Shown piece after piece: positions 34,801 to 49,800 of a stretch of DNA of 64,000 bases. How positions within the stretch are numbered: the stretch's first letter is position 1; every line of letters begins with the position of its first letter. The notes under the pieces are model-generated. The model ran no database searches. It was given only the letters and a program-made list of their open reading frames with translations, and was not told where the DNA came from. Source of the DNA: Phoronis australis (Eukaryota > Animalia > Phoronida). The stretch spans positions 352,455 to 416,454 of the forward strand of contig NMRA01000308.1 of assembly GCA_002633005.1 (NCBI GenBank), read 5' to 3'. The position numbers and the translations under genes were made by a program.

Positions 34801-37800
34801 ACCAACCAATGGACACGCTTGATCACAGTCCATACCCCTGCTTGAAGCAAACCCAGTGGTGGATTTAGGGGGGAGGGGGGGCAAAGGGGCCACGCCCCCC
34901 CTAAAATTCTAATTCAAATGCACAATGCATAGGCTTTGAATAATAAGGTCCACAAGCCCAAACATTCAAGACCCCCTATATCCCTACATTTTAGGGATTT
35001 TAGGCTGAGCACGCGCATGAGACGAAATTCTGGTTATTCCTGTACCCTGGCCCCCCTAACTCAAAATCCTGGATCCACCCCTGAGACCATCAGACGCACT
35101 TGATCCCAGTCCATGCCCCTGCTTGAAGTAGAGTTTTGTTCTCAATAACACATCAGTGACAGAAGTATGTTTATCCAACAAACCACGCTAAATACAGCTT
35201 TACACACACGATGTTTAAATTCAATTTGATAATATATGATTGATAATGCCAGCCTTTCAAGTTCTGCACACTTGAATTCTGTATACAATTGTCTGATTAA
35301 CAGTTTCTAAGTTTCTACATAACACAGGAATATGTTGTGCTTTATGATAGTGGGGTGAGCCATGATGTCATGGTTTGAAGTGGAGTGAGCCATGATGTCA
35401 TGGTTAGAAGTAGATGCTGCATGCCATTTTCACGAGGACAACAATTAAAGATTTAGATGTTACCAAAATTATTTTTTTGCAATAGTTAAGGATCAAAATT
35501 ATTCACTTTTTGACAAATGCATGAGAATTGGTATACCAATTTTAATGCATTTATCAAATTTAGGCTAGGTAACTATAGCTATCACCATGGTAACTAGACG
35601 CCATCTTGGAATTTATAGTTAATCATAACTCTGGACTTACGACATTGCATAATCATTCTGTTTGGCATACAACTTTGCAAATGGCTGTTCAGTAATTCTC
35701 CAGATAGACAAAAGAAATTTTCTGTTAAGTGACAGTCAAAAAATCTATTACTAATTTAATAAACAATTAATAATGTTAATTATTTCTTGATCATCAATTG
35801 TCTCTCTTGAAATAATAAATGTACTGGGCACACCAAGTATGACTGTTTCTTATGACACCAAGCTAAATAATCCTTCAATTTCCTATGCCAGTTATAATTA
35901 TTATTATTTTTGCTTGTTTTAATACTGCAGTTGCCCTTACTTCACCATTTACTATTTTTTGCGCATAAATTGAACTTTTATTATGTTCAAACACTTCTTT
36001 GCTAAAAAGATGTGCAAATTTTAAACCTAAAACAAGCCAAGATGAGTAAGTTCTTGAGAAAGAGGTGTGGCCATCTTTGAAATCAAGATGGTGGATCACA
36101 CCATGCACAAAATGTTGAATACCTAGCCTTATTTGGTTTACATAATTACGATAAATACATTGAATACCAACTTCCATGCCTTTATCAAAAACTAAACAAT
36201 TTGTCAAAATTTTGGCTCTCAGTCACTACACTAAAATACTGTTCACTGGTTAGGCCAAAAAACACTGCTCGACAAGATGTGAGTCATTTGAAAGGCTGTT
36301 TGTGTCACTTTAATTATCATTTCCAAGGGTTAGGGCAGCAGTACTTTATGTCGGGAGCGCATTCATTGATATTACTTGTGAACACAATGTCTGACACAAA
36401 CTGCGTTATGTCGTGGCTTCATTATTTCAGTTACATCATTGAAATAAAAGCTCGCAAGAAGACGTGCACCTTTTCTTAGGCTTGTTTACGTCACTTTTGT
36501 ATTGTTGCCAGGGGCAACTGGAATTATAATTAATGTTGAACTAGGGATTTGTATTTTTAGTGAAGGTACCACCAAAAATATCTGCTTTCTCCGTTAAGTT
36601 ACATGATTATTTACCCTTGGATGAAATGCTATGGCCGTGACAAAGTCAATATGTTGAAAGCAGCACAGACACTCCCTTCTTGAAGTATGCCAGAGTCGAA
36701 CAGTTTTGTCCATAGAGGAGGTCAGGATAAAATAGTTCTGCAACAACCACAAAACAACATGCAACATTCATTTTTGCATAATCAAATTCAAGCTGCATAA
36801 CGTCCTTGTTTAGCTGTCAATGTTGAATTCTCAACTGAAGCCCTGTGGGTTTTAAAGACATTACCACACTCATCCTGTCTTGTATTATTGTCACATGAGT
36901 GAGCAGCTGAAGGCACACGCACCATTTTTGAATCCACAATTATAGGGTTGGCTAACCCTAATAAACTGTGAAGTGCTTTCTTAAATAGCTGATAGTTTTG
37001 GTGTTCTTGATGGTGATGGAAATAGAACCCTAACATGGTAAGGGGTATTATGAGATTGATTATCTGAGAGTAAAAGGCAAATTTGAGTTTCGCTTTTAGC
37101 CAGCAAGACAGGATGAAATACAGGTTCAAGTATTTATGAGCATTGTTCATGTTTTGACACTTAAGAGAACCTTCCTCAAATCTTCTTCAACAGCAGTACA
37201 TATTACCCATATGAATTCTAGCATCCAAACAAAGAAATAGAATATTTTTCAATTCTCCTTACAACTGTAACACCTGACCAAGGTAAATGAAGGTTTTGAC
37301 AGCCAATTACATCTCACAAACAAGCAACAAATGCTCACAACTCAAAAATAGGAAAATTGACGCCTTTAAACATTTTATTTTTTACCATATATAAGGCCAC
37401 TTCCATAACATTTAGGCAGTAAGTTTATTCAAGAAATGAAGAAAACATTATGTGTATAGACTAACACATGAAAGAGCTCACTGAACATTTACAAAAGTCC
37501 CCTGCCATCAGTGCAACTAAAAAAGAAACGCAACAAACTAGACAGCCAATACTATGCAACATGTGTCCAGGCAATATCACTGTTATCAACAGGTTACCAA
37601 CCTTGGACCACGACACGTCCAGAACATCAGCAGTATGGCCGCGGTATGTACAGAACGATTTCTTCATGAATGGCGTTAAACTGTCCTCTTCATCAGCGCA
37701 CTAAACATGCAAAGAAACATTAAACGACCATTTTTTCTCTTTTAAGTTATCAGTGTTGAATTCTTAACCATAGCGCTTTGGGATTTCAAGACTTTACCAC

Positions 37801-40800
37801 TATTATCCAATCCTGAATTGTGGACAAAAAGGCTCTATAATTCAGAAGTTGGCATTTTCGACATAAAATAATCCAAAGACAAGCGTACTAATTTGTAGAG
37901 GATTTTGAAAATTATTGTATAAAAAAATTTTTGATTAAAGGTGCATTTCACCCTGTCTAGCTGTCATGTTAAACATGTTTAGTTAAACTAAGAAACAAAG
38001 CCAACAGCTGATCTGCGATGCACTCACAGCAAATTGTCACTGATGTGTCTCGATACTGACTTATTTTTTAATGGAATTTACAGCACACCACTTTCGAATT
38101 TCTGAGTAGGACAATTCCAATAAAATGAACAATTTTCTGACATGTTTCTTGACCTGTTGAGCATATGCATGTTTTTCTTGGTTACATAAAAAAGTAGACA
38201 ATCATTTTTGTTGGAATAAAAGGTCCAACTCGATTTCTGTCTCTAGCCAGCTAAACAGGGCAAAATGCAGCTTGAAATGACTATTGGCAGAAAAACTATT
38301 CAGCAAATTATTCAAGTTTCCAAGTTTTAATCACCCCAATCATAACTCTTATCATTATCATTACTTTACCATGAACAAAGTAGCAGTGACAAAATCAATA
38401 CTTGCTGTTTCCATAGTTACAAACCTCATCTGAAATGCTGGCAGTGTCCTCCGTCACTGTGGCAACACCGTCTTGAGTTGGAGTGGGACCAGCTCGAGCT
38501 TTACAAAAGAACAAGGAAAATGAAGACCACTTGAATAAATTTACCAAATGTGAAGAAAGAAAGTAAAACTTCAAAAGACTACAAAACCTGGTTATATAAT
38601 GTGCTGTAGTCATTCTGGTAGAATGTGAGTTTTGGTTTGAATACTCACTCAGAATTTTCAAAAACTTTCTCTTACAAAATGGCCATACTAATCTGTACCC
38701 AGCTCCAATTTTGTGAGTTTCACCCATATCCTTGTGAATACCCATCTGCAGAAAATTTCAGTCACAAAGAAACCACAATTTGATTACCTGTGACTTACAC
38801 CCAGACTGTTTTGCTTGGCTCTTACATGTGAAAATAACCATCATCAACAGATGGAGACACAGTTGTGCGTGTTTTTCTTGGCTCTTACATGTGAAAATAA
38901 CCGTCATCAACAGACGGAGACAGTTGTGCGTGTTTTTCTTGGCTCTTACATGTGAAAATAACCGTCATCAACAGACGGAGACACAGTTGTGCGTGTTTTT
39001 CTTGGCTCTTACATGTGAAAATAACTGACATCGACAGACAAAGACACTGTTGTGCACGTTTTGCTTGGCTCTTACATGACTTGTGAAAATAACTGACATC
39101 GACAGACGAAGACACAGTTGTGCGTGTTTTGCTGGGCTCTTACATGTGAAAATAACCCGCATCGACAGACGAAGACACAGTTGTGCGTGTGCAGCACACT
39201 CACAACCATGTTGTGCCTGTGTGTAGCACAGTCACAACCATGTTGTGCGTGTGTAGCACACTCACAACCGTGTTGTGCCGGTGTGTAGCACACTCACAAC
39301 CATGTTGTGCCTGTGTGTAGCACACTCACAACCATGTTGTGCGTGTGTAGCACACTCACAACCATGTTGTGCCAGTGTGTAGCACACTCACAACCATGGC
39401 ACTATACCAACCTGCTTTATTCTCACTGTACTTCTGTCTCATTTCATCGAAGTATGTGAATGAGTCCTTCAGCACCCACACTCTCAGCATGTTGTCCTGG
39501 CCCCCTGTGGCCAATAGTCGACCACAGTAGGAGAACTTCATTATCCATATCGCACCCTGAAACATAAACAATGTTATGACATGCACGACAACATTTTTAC
39601 ATGATTTGTCAGTTGCACCTTCAAAACAGCCAGTCTTGAAAATGATATAGTGTAGAATTTATTATGTTAAATAACTTTTCAAAAAAGTTTCAACATGGCA
39701 AGAAGTTAAATTCATAAGTTAGAAGTGTTGTTGACATTGAGCATCGAGGCTTCAAATAAAGACAGTGACATTCAGTAAGACAGACGTGCCCTTATAACCA
39801 GTAAGTGCACTTATAACCAGTAAGTGCACTTATAACCAGTAAGTGCACTTGTCTTATAACCAGTAAGCCTAGATGTAATACGTTATAGTGTTTTCTGGGC
39901 TTAGCGTGTGGAGATCGGGTGCCATGGCTTTGTCGCCCAATCAATGTCGTCTCTTTTCCTTCAGATTGGAATCGGTATTTCTGACACTAAGAAAGTTCGG
40001 TGTGTTGCAGAACAAGTATCTTGCTGGATTTGGACAAGAGCTAGAATATCATAGCTTCAGACACTGAACAACTGCTTTGGCTGACTGTCCAACAGACTCT
40101 ACCCGGTGGCTTATTGCTGGTGGCGATGTCGTGGATGGCAGAACAATCAACAGTCACCAACTCTGTGTTGTCATACCTGACTGGCGGCTCAGGAGGGTAA
40201 TATCTTGCCACTCAAAAATTGTTTGTTATATATGATCTATAAAATTGTATACTTTCCATTACAAACATTAAAAAATACCAATAAGGTGGAGTCCTACCGA
40301 GTGTTCTCCGCTTAAATCCTGGCATTGTTTCAAATTTTCAAAATCAAATGGACCCTTGTGATGTCGTGATACTTTCTGAAACAAATAAAACAGCTTGTTC
40401 AATAAAAATTCATACATACAACATCTTTAGAATAAGCTAAGCTGCGACCATGCCCTTGTATTAAGCAAAATAATGTATTTTTGAGAACATTTAAAAAACA
40501 CGCAACAAACATAAGGCCATGCTGTTTCTTCGGATAAAAGGCCAGTCCAAAGGCTGTGACCATAATGTTAATTACTAAACTAAAAAAGATTATAAAACAT
40601 TGGAAGGTTTAAAACTATTACATCAAAATGTTTAGTTAATAATAGAAAAAAACAAGAAACAATACCACAAGTGTTGTGAATTTCACATTGAAATTATTGC
40701 TTTATTCACGCCACAATGCTGACAATGAACTTATCTTCAAATAAAGGTCCACTCCAATATCATTCCACCACCTTCTATAGCCTATTGGATGTTACAGATA

Positions 40801-43800
40801 CTAGAGTCAAGCTATTGAAACCAGCTTACAAACATCTGGACATCTTTTGCTGGGAAACAAGCCGTAAAAAGGTTTTTGTTAACTTTCAACATAAGTTGTA
40901 TTCAAAGTTTGCTGATCTGCTTTCAGACTTTTTGTGAAAGTGTAAAATATTGTCAACTCATAGTTACCGCCAGCATCATGACGGCACTAGGAATAGAAGC
41001 AATTATTTAAAAAACAAGAAACCAATGGAGTGCTAGACAACAAAGCATGTTATACAAATGGGTCTAGGCTGTGTTGCGGAGACTCAAGAAACTTGCAGAA
41101 CGCAAGTTCATGCAAGTTTTTGCGAGATATCGCAAAGTATTACAAGCGAGGCGCCCAATCACACTAGCATTCTTGGCCAAGCACTTGGGTCTCCTACACA
41201 CAGCCCTGTCTACTCCTAGTGCATACTCTGAACAGCCTCTGTGAGTCAGGCAATTCTTCGTCTTCAGAACTTGTCTCGTCACCATGCAAGACTGGAACAA
41301 ACACAGGCAGACAAATGACGAATGCAGTGTTATTTTGTACAACACCTCAGTAATTAGCATGTAATTCTTTCATTATAGTGACATATATTCTTACAGATTA
41401 AAACAATAAATATGTAACAAAACAGGAGCACCCAGCCCACCAGGGGGCTTAAAAGTCACATTAGATACATGAAAAACCAAAAAAAAAACAAGTGTACACG
41501 CATAAGCAAGAGGATCCAAAAGTGAACACAGTGATCATACATAAATGAAATTTCTCCGTACCTCAAAAATATTTTTGATGAAGAATGCAGTTTTCTTGAA
41601 AACATCTTTTTGCATAATGATAAGTAATTTGCTTTCACAGCTTCCTGCATGAAATCATCTTGAGAGTAAAATCAACTTGAGAGTAAAATCAACTTGAGAG
41701 TAAAATCAACTTGAGAGTAAAATCAACTTGAGAGTAAAATCAACTTGAGAGTAAAATCAACTTGAGAGCAAAATCAACTTGAGAGCAAAATCAACTTGAG
41801 AGCAAAATCAACTTGAGAGCAAAATCAACTTGAGAGTAAAATCAACTTGAGAGTAAAATCAACTTGAGAGTAAAATCAACTTGAGAGTAAAATCAACTTG
41901 AGAGTAAAATCAACTTGAGAGTAAAATCAACTTGAGAGTAAAATCAACTTGAGAGTAAAAGGTGTTTCAAGCATCTAAGAAAAATGGACACTCAAATTCA
42001 AAATGTACTTCCGAAATTGGTTGATGAATTATTAATAATCATATTCAGGGTAACAGAGTAAAGTCTTCGTCAAGAAATTAAGGGTAATGCATAGCACACC
42101 TTCATCTGAATTACCAAATAGGCAGTGAGTCACAACAATGAATGTTTTACAAAGTTATCCAAGTACCATTCAAAATATGACCTGAGACAAACAACGAATC
42201 AATGTTTTGGACTTACCTTCATCGGTCACAGATTTGATTTTATGCACAGTGCGCCCAAACAGCTTCTTTAATCGCTTTCTGAAAAGCAGTAGAATAAGAA
42301 AATTGCACTTATAGCAACCCAGTAATAACATTTCAAGATCTGTTGAAGATGCTGCTTCGTTAATATGAGAATTACCTTTGGACATCCCACTTCACACAAT
42401 GGCGAGTGCTGATTGATTTTATTAAATTATGTGACGCTCCATTTTTTGTGTATAGTGCGATTAGAATAGAGCTGATATTCAAGTTATTTGGGGTTTAATA
42501 AACATTCTCATTTTAACTTTACTTTGAAGTAGAACATTTTAAACCACCTATTGCCACCAAAGTTCATAAATGAAAACCTCAATTAAGCAATAACAAACTG
42601 CGGTCAATGTTCATTTCAGGACAATTCTAAGTGTGTGGAGGGGCGTCAGTGACTTTTGATAAGGAGAGACGCACCAATTTCTCAATCACATTGCACACAT
42701 CAGACTATAAACACATGGTTTCTATACATACTTTTTACTTGTCTTGTCATCAGGATTGCTGTTAATTGAGTCAATGCTCTTTGTATCATCTTCATTAGTC
42801 GCCCCTAGGTTACCCCTGAACAAATAAATAAACTCAACACAAAATACATAAAGTTAGGATCTTGATTGATGTTAAGACAGACGCAAAGAAAAATAAAACT
42901 CCCAAAGTAAATCAGTCAAAAAAATAATAGCTGCCACGCTCTCCTCAACAAGAACATATCTGCCAACTTTCAAGATGATTCTACATACAATTTGAAAGAT
43001 AAGGAGGCAGACGTCAAAAACAGACACAGTAACGTGTGAACACAAATAGTCTATTGGCATCAAACGACAGAAAATTTCAACATGAAAGCAGGGTGATATA
43101 TTTCCTACTTATGACCTAAATGTCAAAAATATTAAAAAGGTACACTGTTCTCCAAAATCTATTAGCCAGGGCAGTAGTGTCAAGTAACAAAAAGGTGTCA
43201 AGATATAATCACCTAATGACAAACATGAAGCCGCCAAACTTTGGAAGAGCGGGTCATGTAAACTATAATTGATAGTTATTGACAACTTTTTTGTTTTGAA
43301 ATGCCCAAATGATCACTGGAATTATTGTCTCCCATGGCACAGACTGTTTGAGACAGAAAACATGTCATGTGCACACTTTCTGGCTCACACCATTAAGATT
43401 CTCTTTGCTCTCAGACAACTTATAGTCTATTAACCACACCTTTTGTATTCAGCAAACAAAACAGAGAAGTAATCACTAACGCTACTTTCATAACACTGGT
43501 GGTTGTTATTACAATGAAATTGGTTACTTTGGCATTTTTGCACAGAGTTAGAGCCTGAAATGTTGAACGTACTGTTTTGATTTGGTACATGTTAAATATT
43601 GTAAAACATCAAAACATGGCAACTTGGGTTCATCTAGACAAAGAGCCACTTCCCAAATGAACGTTGGTTTTAAATATGTTTTTTACCAGTTTTCGTCATT
43701 TTTGTCTAATACTCCAGTCTAATTTGTTTCATTTCTTGCCAAGTTGCTATCTTTTAATTTTAAGCTCACAGTGCCAAAACAGCATATTTTGATCATTAGG

Positions 43801-46800
43801 GAAACTTAGAAGTCAGCTCTTACCCACTGACCCACTACAGGAAATGTAGTCACATTCACTGACCTGGAATGTAGTCACATTCAATGATCCCAAACAGTAC
43901 TTGCTGATACAGCAAATAGACTGCCATTCATAAAGTTTCGTGGTATGACATTTTGCAGTGCACTAATATATTTGAAAAGATCCGAGTTTTTAGCAATGGT
44001 CTCGAAAAATCATCCTTTTTTTTCAAAGTCAAAATCCTGCTTCTATTTGAGCCCTGAGAAATTTTGCGTTTGTCAGTGCTCGAATGAACGCCCTGCTAGC
44101 TTGCCCAGTTCCATCAAAATTTCGACGTCAGTGGCCACTGCTTGGGTAAACGCCCAACTCAGACTTTTACCAATTTTCCATTTAAACGCCCACTGCTCGA
44201 GTAATCATCGATCCCATCTGAGCATTCCCAATTTAAGTGCCCAGGGCATTAAACCGCAAGTTTATGGCACAGCAGTTTATGGACACTTAACTGGGCCTCT
44301 CTCGCACTGGACAATGCAGTCATCACAACTGTGTCTGACTTTTGAGCTGTCCACTCTTTCATCCTGGTTAAAGCCGCTCAGACTACAGGTCAAAAACCAG
44401 AGGTGAAAATTCCCGCAGATCTTTAGAAATTCCTTGTAAGGGGATTGTTTATGGCATGGTGGCTGGGTTATAAGGTTCATCAGTTTTATTTTACGTGGTA
44501 AACTTTTATTTCCTTTGAAAAAAATATCTGAAATTGAAATAAACCAAATTTACCTTGGAATTTCCATGGTCCTCTTCAAAATATGTATAGACAAAGGGTT
44601 ACTCTCTGGTGGTAATACTTCATCAGCTTTACTCAAAGGGATTGTCTCCCCTGTGTCGAGGTTGTGTAAGCCAACCATTTCTAAGATTTCCTGCAGACGA
44701 CATTAAAAATGAATTCTGATAAGTAACTCAAAGCTCATTTATGAGCAAAAGTACATAGTTATGAAAATATGTGAGAGCCTGAACTAATATATAATAATTC
44801 CATCAATTACCATTAAGCAAGTTACTAAATTTTAATCAGCACTAGGCTCACTAACTGTACGGTTCACATAAACAAGACACTAGACCAGACCTCTGGAATG
44901 TCTACTCCAGCTTAGTTCACGACCAATGCCTTGATATAAAACTCCATCCTTATTGCAGGTTATGTTGAAAGGAAATCAGTTAACTTGAAGGGAGCTACAA
45001 AAAGGAGGGTTTCAGACTTGTATTCATGTAAACAACACACGGTGCTAAGACCAGTATTCATGTAAACAACACACGGTGCTAAGACCAGTATTCATGTAAA
45101 CAACACACGGTGCTAAGACCAGTATTCATGTAAACAACACACGGTGCTAAGACCAGTATTCATGTAAACAACACACGGTGCTAAGACCAGTCTTTCACAC
45201 TAGTTCTTCAAGCTTAGAATAATGTCAACTCACCAAATGTGAGCTAACAAAATACTTAGCTTGACAAACGAAAACTGAGGTCACCGCCAAATCTTGTTGA
45301 CACGAGCCGAAAACGAAATAAACAAGACACCTAATGTCGGCTGGTGCACTGAAAATTGCCTGGACAGCATTTTTGTGCTTGAATGGAAAATTAGAGGTGT
45401 CTCAATGCTTGGAGGTGTCCAATTTCCCTTACTTGAGTCCAATTTCCACCTCTGGTGTCCAATATCCCACGCACAGGCTCACCTCTTGAGACAGACGAAC
45501 ACAATCAAACCCTTACATCCGATTACATCCTGTAGTATTTTGTGTGTGTGCTGGGATGTGGCCTGGCACCTTCATGGCGACTTGGGATTTCGAACATGTC
45601 GCCAAACAAAATCTGACATGACCAAATCGAGCCCTGCACTCATAAGAAACGACTAAAACACTATATACACCTCCTCTCCAGGAATGATACAACAAACGCC
45701 ATCCTTTACTTGCACAAAGATCTTGCTAGTACAATAGATTCTTTCTTATCTTATTACCTTGTCTGTAAGGAGTCGACCAGACTTAGATCGCGGTCTTGGC
45801 AGTCCACTGGCTGGTGACTTGATAGACTCAAGGATGCTGGCTGCACCATCGTGGTCATCGTTCTTGTCAAACACGGAATCATCAAGAGATTTGTCAAGTT
45901 CCTCACTTGAAACATTTACTGCACTGCAGTCAACATCCTACCGTCATCAAAATAACTTAATGAAATAAAACATGGAACAAGCAAATAGAAAATCTTGGAC
46001 ACAGAACCTGGAATACAAGATTGTGACAGTTAATGGTTTTATCAAAAATTCCAACATGCCTGAAATTATTCCTGAAAGGACAGAAAAGCACTGTGTGACT
46101 AAAATGATCAAAAGGAGTGGAAGGCTCTATCACAAAATGAACAAAGAAGTTTTACACAATTCAGCACTTTTACTCAACACTATTCATAGAAAAGCACTGC
46201 TTGGCAAACGTATGGTATGGGAATATAAGCAGGAAATAAGCCTCGTTTGGGCAGTGTTTGGGCGACGGTGCGATGATATACTAGATATCACTTGCCTTCA
46301 CTCACTCAACAGAGGGCATTATTTTAATCAATACCCTCAAGTTGTAAAGTCTACAGAGCAATTAGGTTTTAATGCTGCTCTGATTGACACCCGATATCAT
46401 CTAACAAAAACACCAACAAAAATAGAAAGTCTAACCTCAGTTTTCACAAGTCGGTCTCCACTGGTTGCCTCTTCTATGTCTAGAGAGAACTGCATGCTGG
46501 GTATCCTGCGCAGATCATTTTCATCCCCAGCAGGAAGCCCCAGAGTGGACTCCAAGTCTTTAGTGAGTGACTCCACCGTCGATGTGGGAGTGGTAAGTGT
46601 GGTAGCAGCAAGCACAGGAGCCTAAAGCACAAATCAGCAATCATATACACTTAATATGCAAGTGCTACTGAACGCTAAACAGGCTTCTGTCAATTCTGGG
46701 TTCCACTTAAGTCCACTCGTAACTTAGGAATGACACACACTCTTGTATAAGCAGACAACTTAGAATGCAACACCTGCTCAATATACAGCTGTTTATATAG

Positions 46801-49800
46801 GCTATATGGTGAAGTGACAGTCACACATAACTCAATATACAGCTGTTTACATAGGCTATATGGTGAAGTGACAGTCACACATAACTCAATATACAGCTGT
46901 TTACATAGGCTATATGGTGAAGTGACAGTCACACATAACTCAATATACAGCTGTTTACATAGGCTATATGGTGAAGTGACTATCACACATAACTCAATAT
47001 ACAGCTGTGTATATAGGCTATATGGTGAAGTGACAGTCACACATAACTCAATAAACAGCTGTGTATATAGGCTATATGGTGAAGTGTCTATCACACATAA
47101 CTCAATATACAGCTGTGTATATAGGCTATATGGTGAAGTGACAGTCACACATAACTCAATATACAGCTGTTTACATAGGCTATATGGTGAAGTGACAGTC
47201 ATACATAATTCATACGTTTCTGCTGTTCTACTATAATGAGAACAATCAATTTTTCCAAATAAATTATATATTTAATAAGAATGACCTCTTCAGTGCTGAG
47301 CCCTCAACACATTCACACCACATTCACTAAGTGTCATACATCAAATGTAAGACAAACTAACGCGAGACTGAGATCAAGGAGACAAGAGACAATTAGTGCT
47401 GTGTGAATACAGCATTGGAACTCATGCTTCGCAAGCGAAAGCCCACAGTTCACACCCCATCATTATAGCACCCTCTTCTACAAGTCCTTAACATGGACAA
47501 GGTCAGCTCATGGATTTCCACTTGTTTCCAAAGTATTGTTAGCCATGTGACAATCAAACTGAGAGAGCCTATGTAACAGGTAAAAACCATTCATTTCACA
47601 TGAAAGCTCCAACTAGACAAAAGCAAGAATAAGCACCAGACAAACCTCAGCATAAGAAGACTTAATTTTCTTTTTCCTCCTGGGAGGTGCAACAGGTGGT
47701 AGAGTCAAGGGTCGAGTATTCCTAGTGCTCTTAACAATATCTGGTTCAGAGGCATCCATCACAGTTTGAGGTTGTGTCACTTCAATTACAGGTATCTCCT
47801 TGGATACCACTTTGTCCATCTGTGGCATGTCCAAATTGATGTCTGCATATGATAGCCTGCAACCAGATGGCGCTGAGGCAGCACCAGTATGAGATGTTTC
47901 ATCGCACACAGCTCTGCTCAAAGGCTCCGCAGAGTCGACAATATTTTTAACGATTGTATCCACATCACTATCGCAGACAGCGCTGGCTTCATTACTCTGA
48001 TTGGTCACACCGTTTACTTGTGTTATGACACAAGCATTTGCTGACAGGTGATGTGCGACACCACAAGTTACTACATTGTCAGTTACAGCACCATCTGTTG
48101 TTTTCTCTGCAGTGCTATTGTCCTTGGCAGGAGTTGATTCACTGACCACAGCTTGTCTCAGCAGATCAAGTTTTTGTCGGCGTAGTTCCCGTTGTTGAGC
48201 TTGTCTTTCAGCCTCCTGAAGTCAAAACATGGGAGTGTGTCATTGAAAATGTTAAATGCATGCATCTGAAAGATTTCTGCCGTTTTTTGGCAAGAAGCCT
48301 AAACAAAATTAGCATACAGGGCATTTTCGAGAATTTTGACAAGTTGGTATCATGAGAAATCATCCTAGCAGATTGTTTTGCTTAAAAAGCACACCATCAC
48401 GTTGTCATACACTCTATCAATTAATCAAAGTTAATCATTTAATCTTAAGATAAACAGCCCACAGTTCATGCATTAATTTTTACCTTCGTATGCTCGATTT
48501 GCTATCTAACGTGATAAAAAAATTTCTCAAGTCAGGTGAAGTCAAAAGGCGTCCACACAAAACTCCCACTTCTCAAATCTCACAACCTCGACTTGCAACC
48601 ACCATGCGTTAGTACACACTGAATCAGCCACATTACCCGAGTGTGTGCGTGTGCGTCACTGTCTACTCTCAGTGTCAGAAAATATTGCACACCGAGTGCT
48701 AATATAGTTTGACAGCTGGAACTGATGATTTTTAAAAACACAGTCAGCTCATCATACATCAGAATTGTGCAAATGGTGCAAAAAAGTGGATTTCAAATTA
48801 TGGCGACATTCACTACACTCACACATGCAATGCATGGACACTCACTACATTCATACATACAATGCATGAACACTCACTACATTCATACATACAATGCATG
48901 AACACTCACTACATTCATACATACAATGCATGGACTGGGAATGTAAATAGTGATAAACAGAAAAGACAGATGGTGTGTTGTGCTCAAAGGGCTAACAGGT
49001 AAAATACTCACCGGTAATTAACTTAATATTGCAGATTACGAAGCAATACCTTGCATGGGCATCATAACTTGAAATCTATTAACAAATGTTCATGCATCAG
49101 TTAGTAACAATAGCCCACAGATGAACTGCACAAGATGCAGCTAAACATTTACCAAACAAACTTCATTCTCCTGTTTTTGACGTTCAACCTCTATTAAATT
49201 TTGCTTCTTTCTCTCAGCTTCTTCTTGTTTCTTCCTTTCCAATGCAGCGAGTTGTTCTTCAATTTCTTGCTCTTCTTGTTTTCGTCTAAAGCAAAAGTAA
49301 CAATAAAAAATTAAAAGGAGAAACGGATACTTCCTTTTCTCAATCTGTCATTTCATCAAATATTGTCGCTTATTAGAACCATGGCAACAACCTCTGTCAG
49401 TGTCTGTGTCATGAAAAGTGATATTTCTGACTGTGGTGTACCCTCTAACTTTGGTTACAACATAGACAAGCAATCATCATACACAACACTGACATAAGTA
49501 TTAAAAGCTACTTTCCACAGAACGAACTCCAGAACTAATCTTCACAGCACAACCCACAACTCAGGGAAGCACCACATACTAAAAGAAATGTTTAGGAATG
49601 TCCACATTATGTTCTGCAGTGTACAGTACTTTGGAAGCCACTATTGTTTGCCAGGTGTTGTACAGATTCATCTGAGTATCATAACTGCACACAGTCCACC
49701 AACATCAGCCCGACAGCCCCGACAGCGGTGTAGAGATTGGTTCGATAGCAACTTAGCTGCACACAGTTGACAACCAACCAGCTTGAGGGCGGTGTAGAGT

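Noticed and set aside
45972-46625. 217-aa plus-strand ORF
   Set aside because: Overlaps WDR44 exon 5 in antisense plus intron sequence; no recognisable motifs
46690-47236. 170-aa and 140-aa repeat ORFs on both strands
   Set aside because: Artefact of a stop-free 54-bp intronic minisatellite; WDR44 exons 4 and 5 join in phase without it
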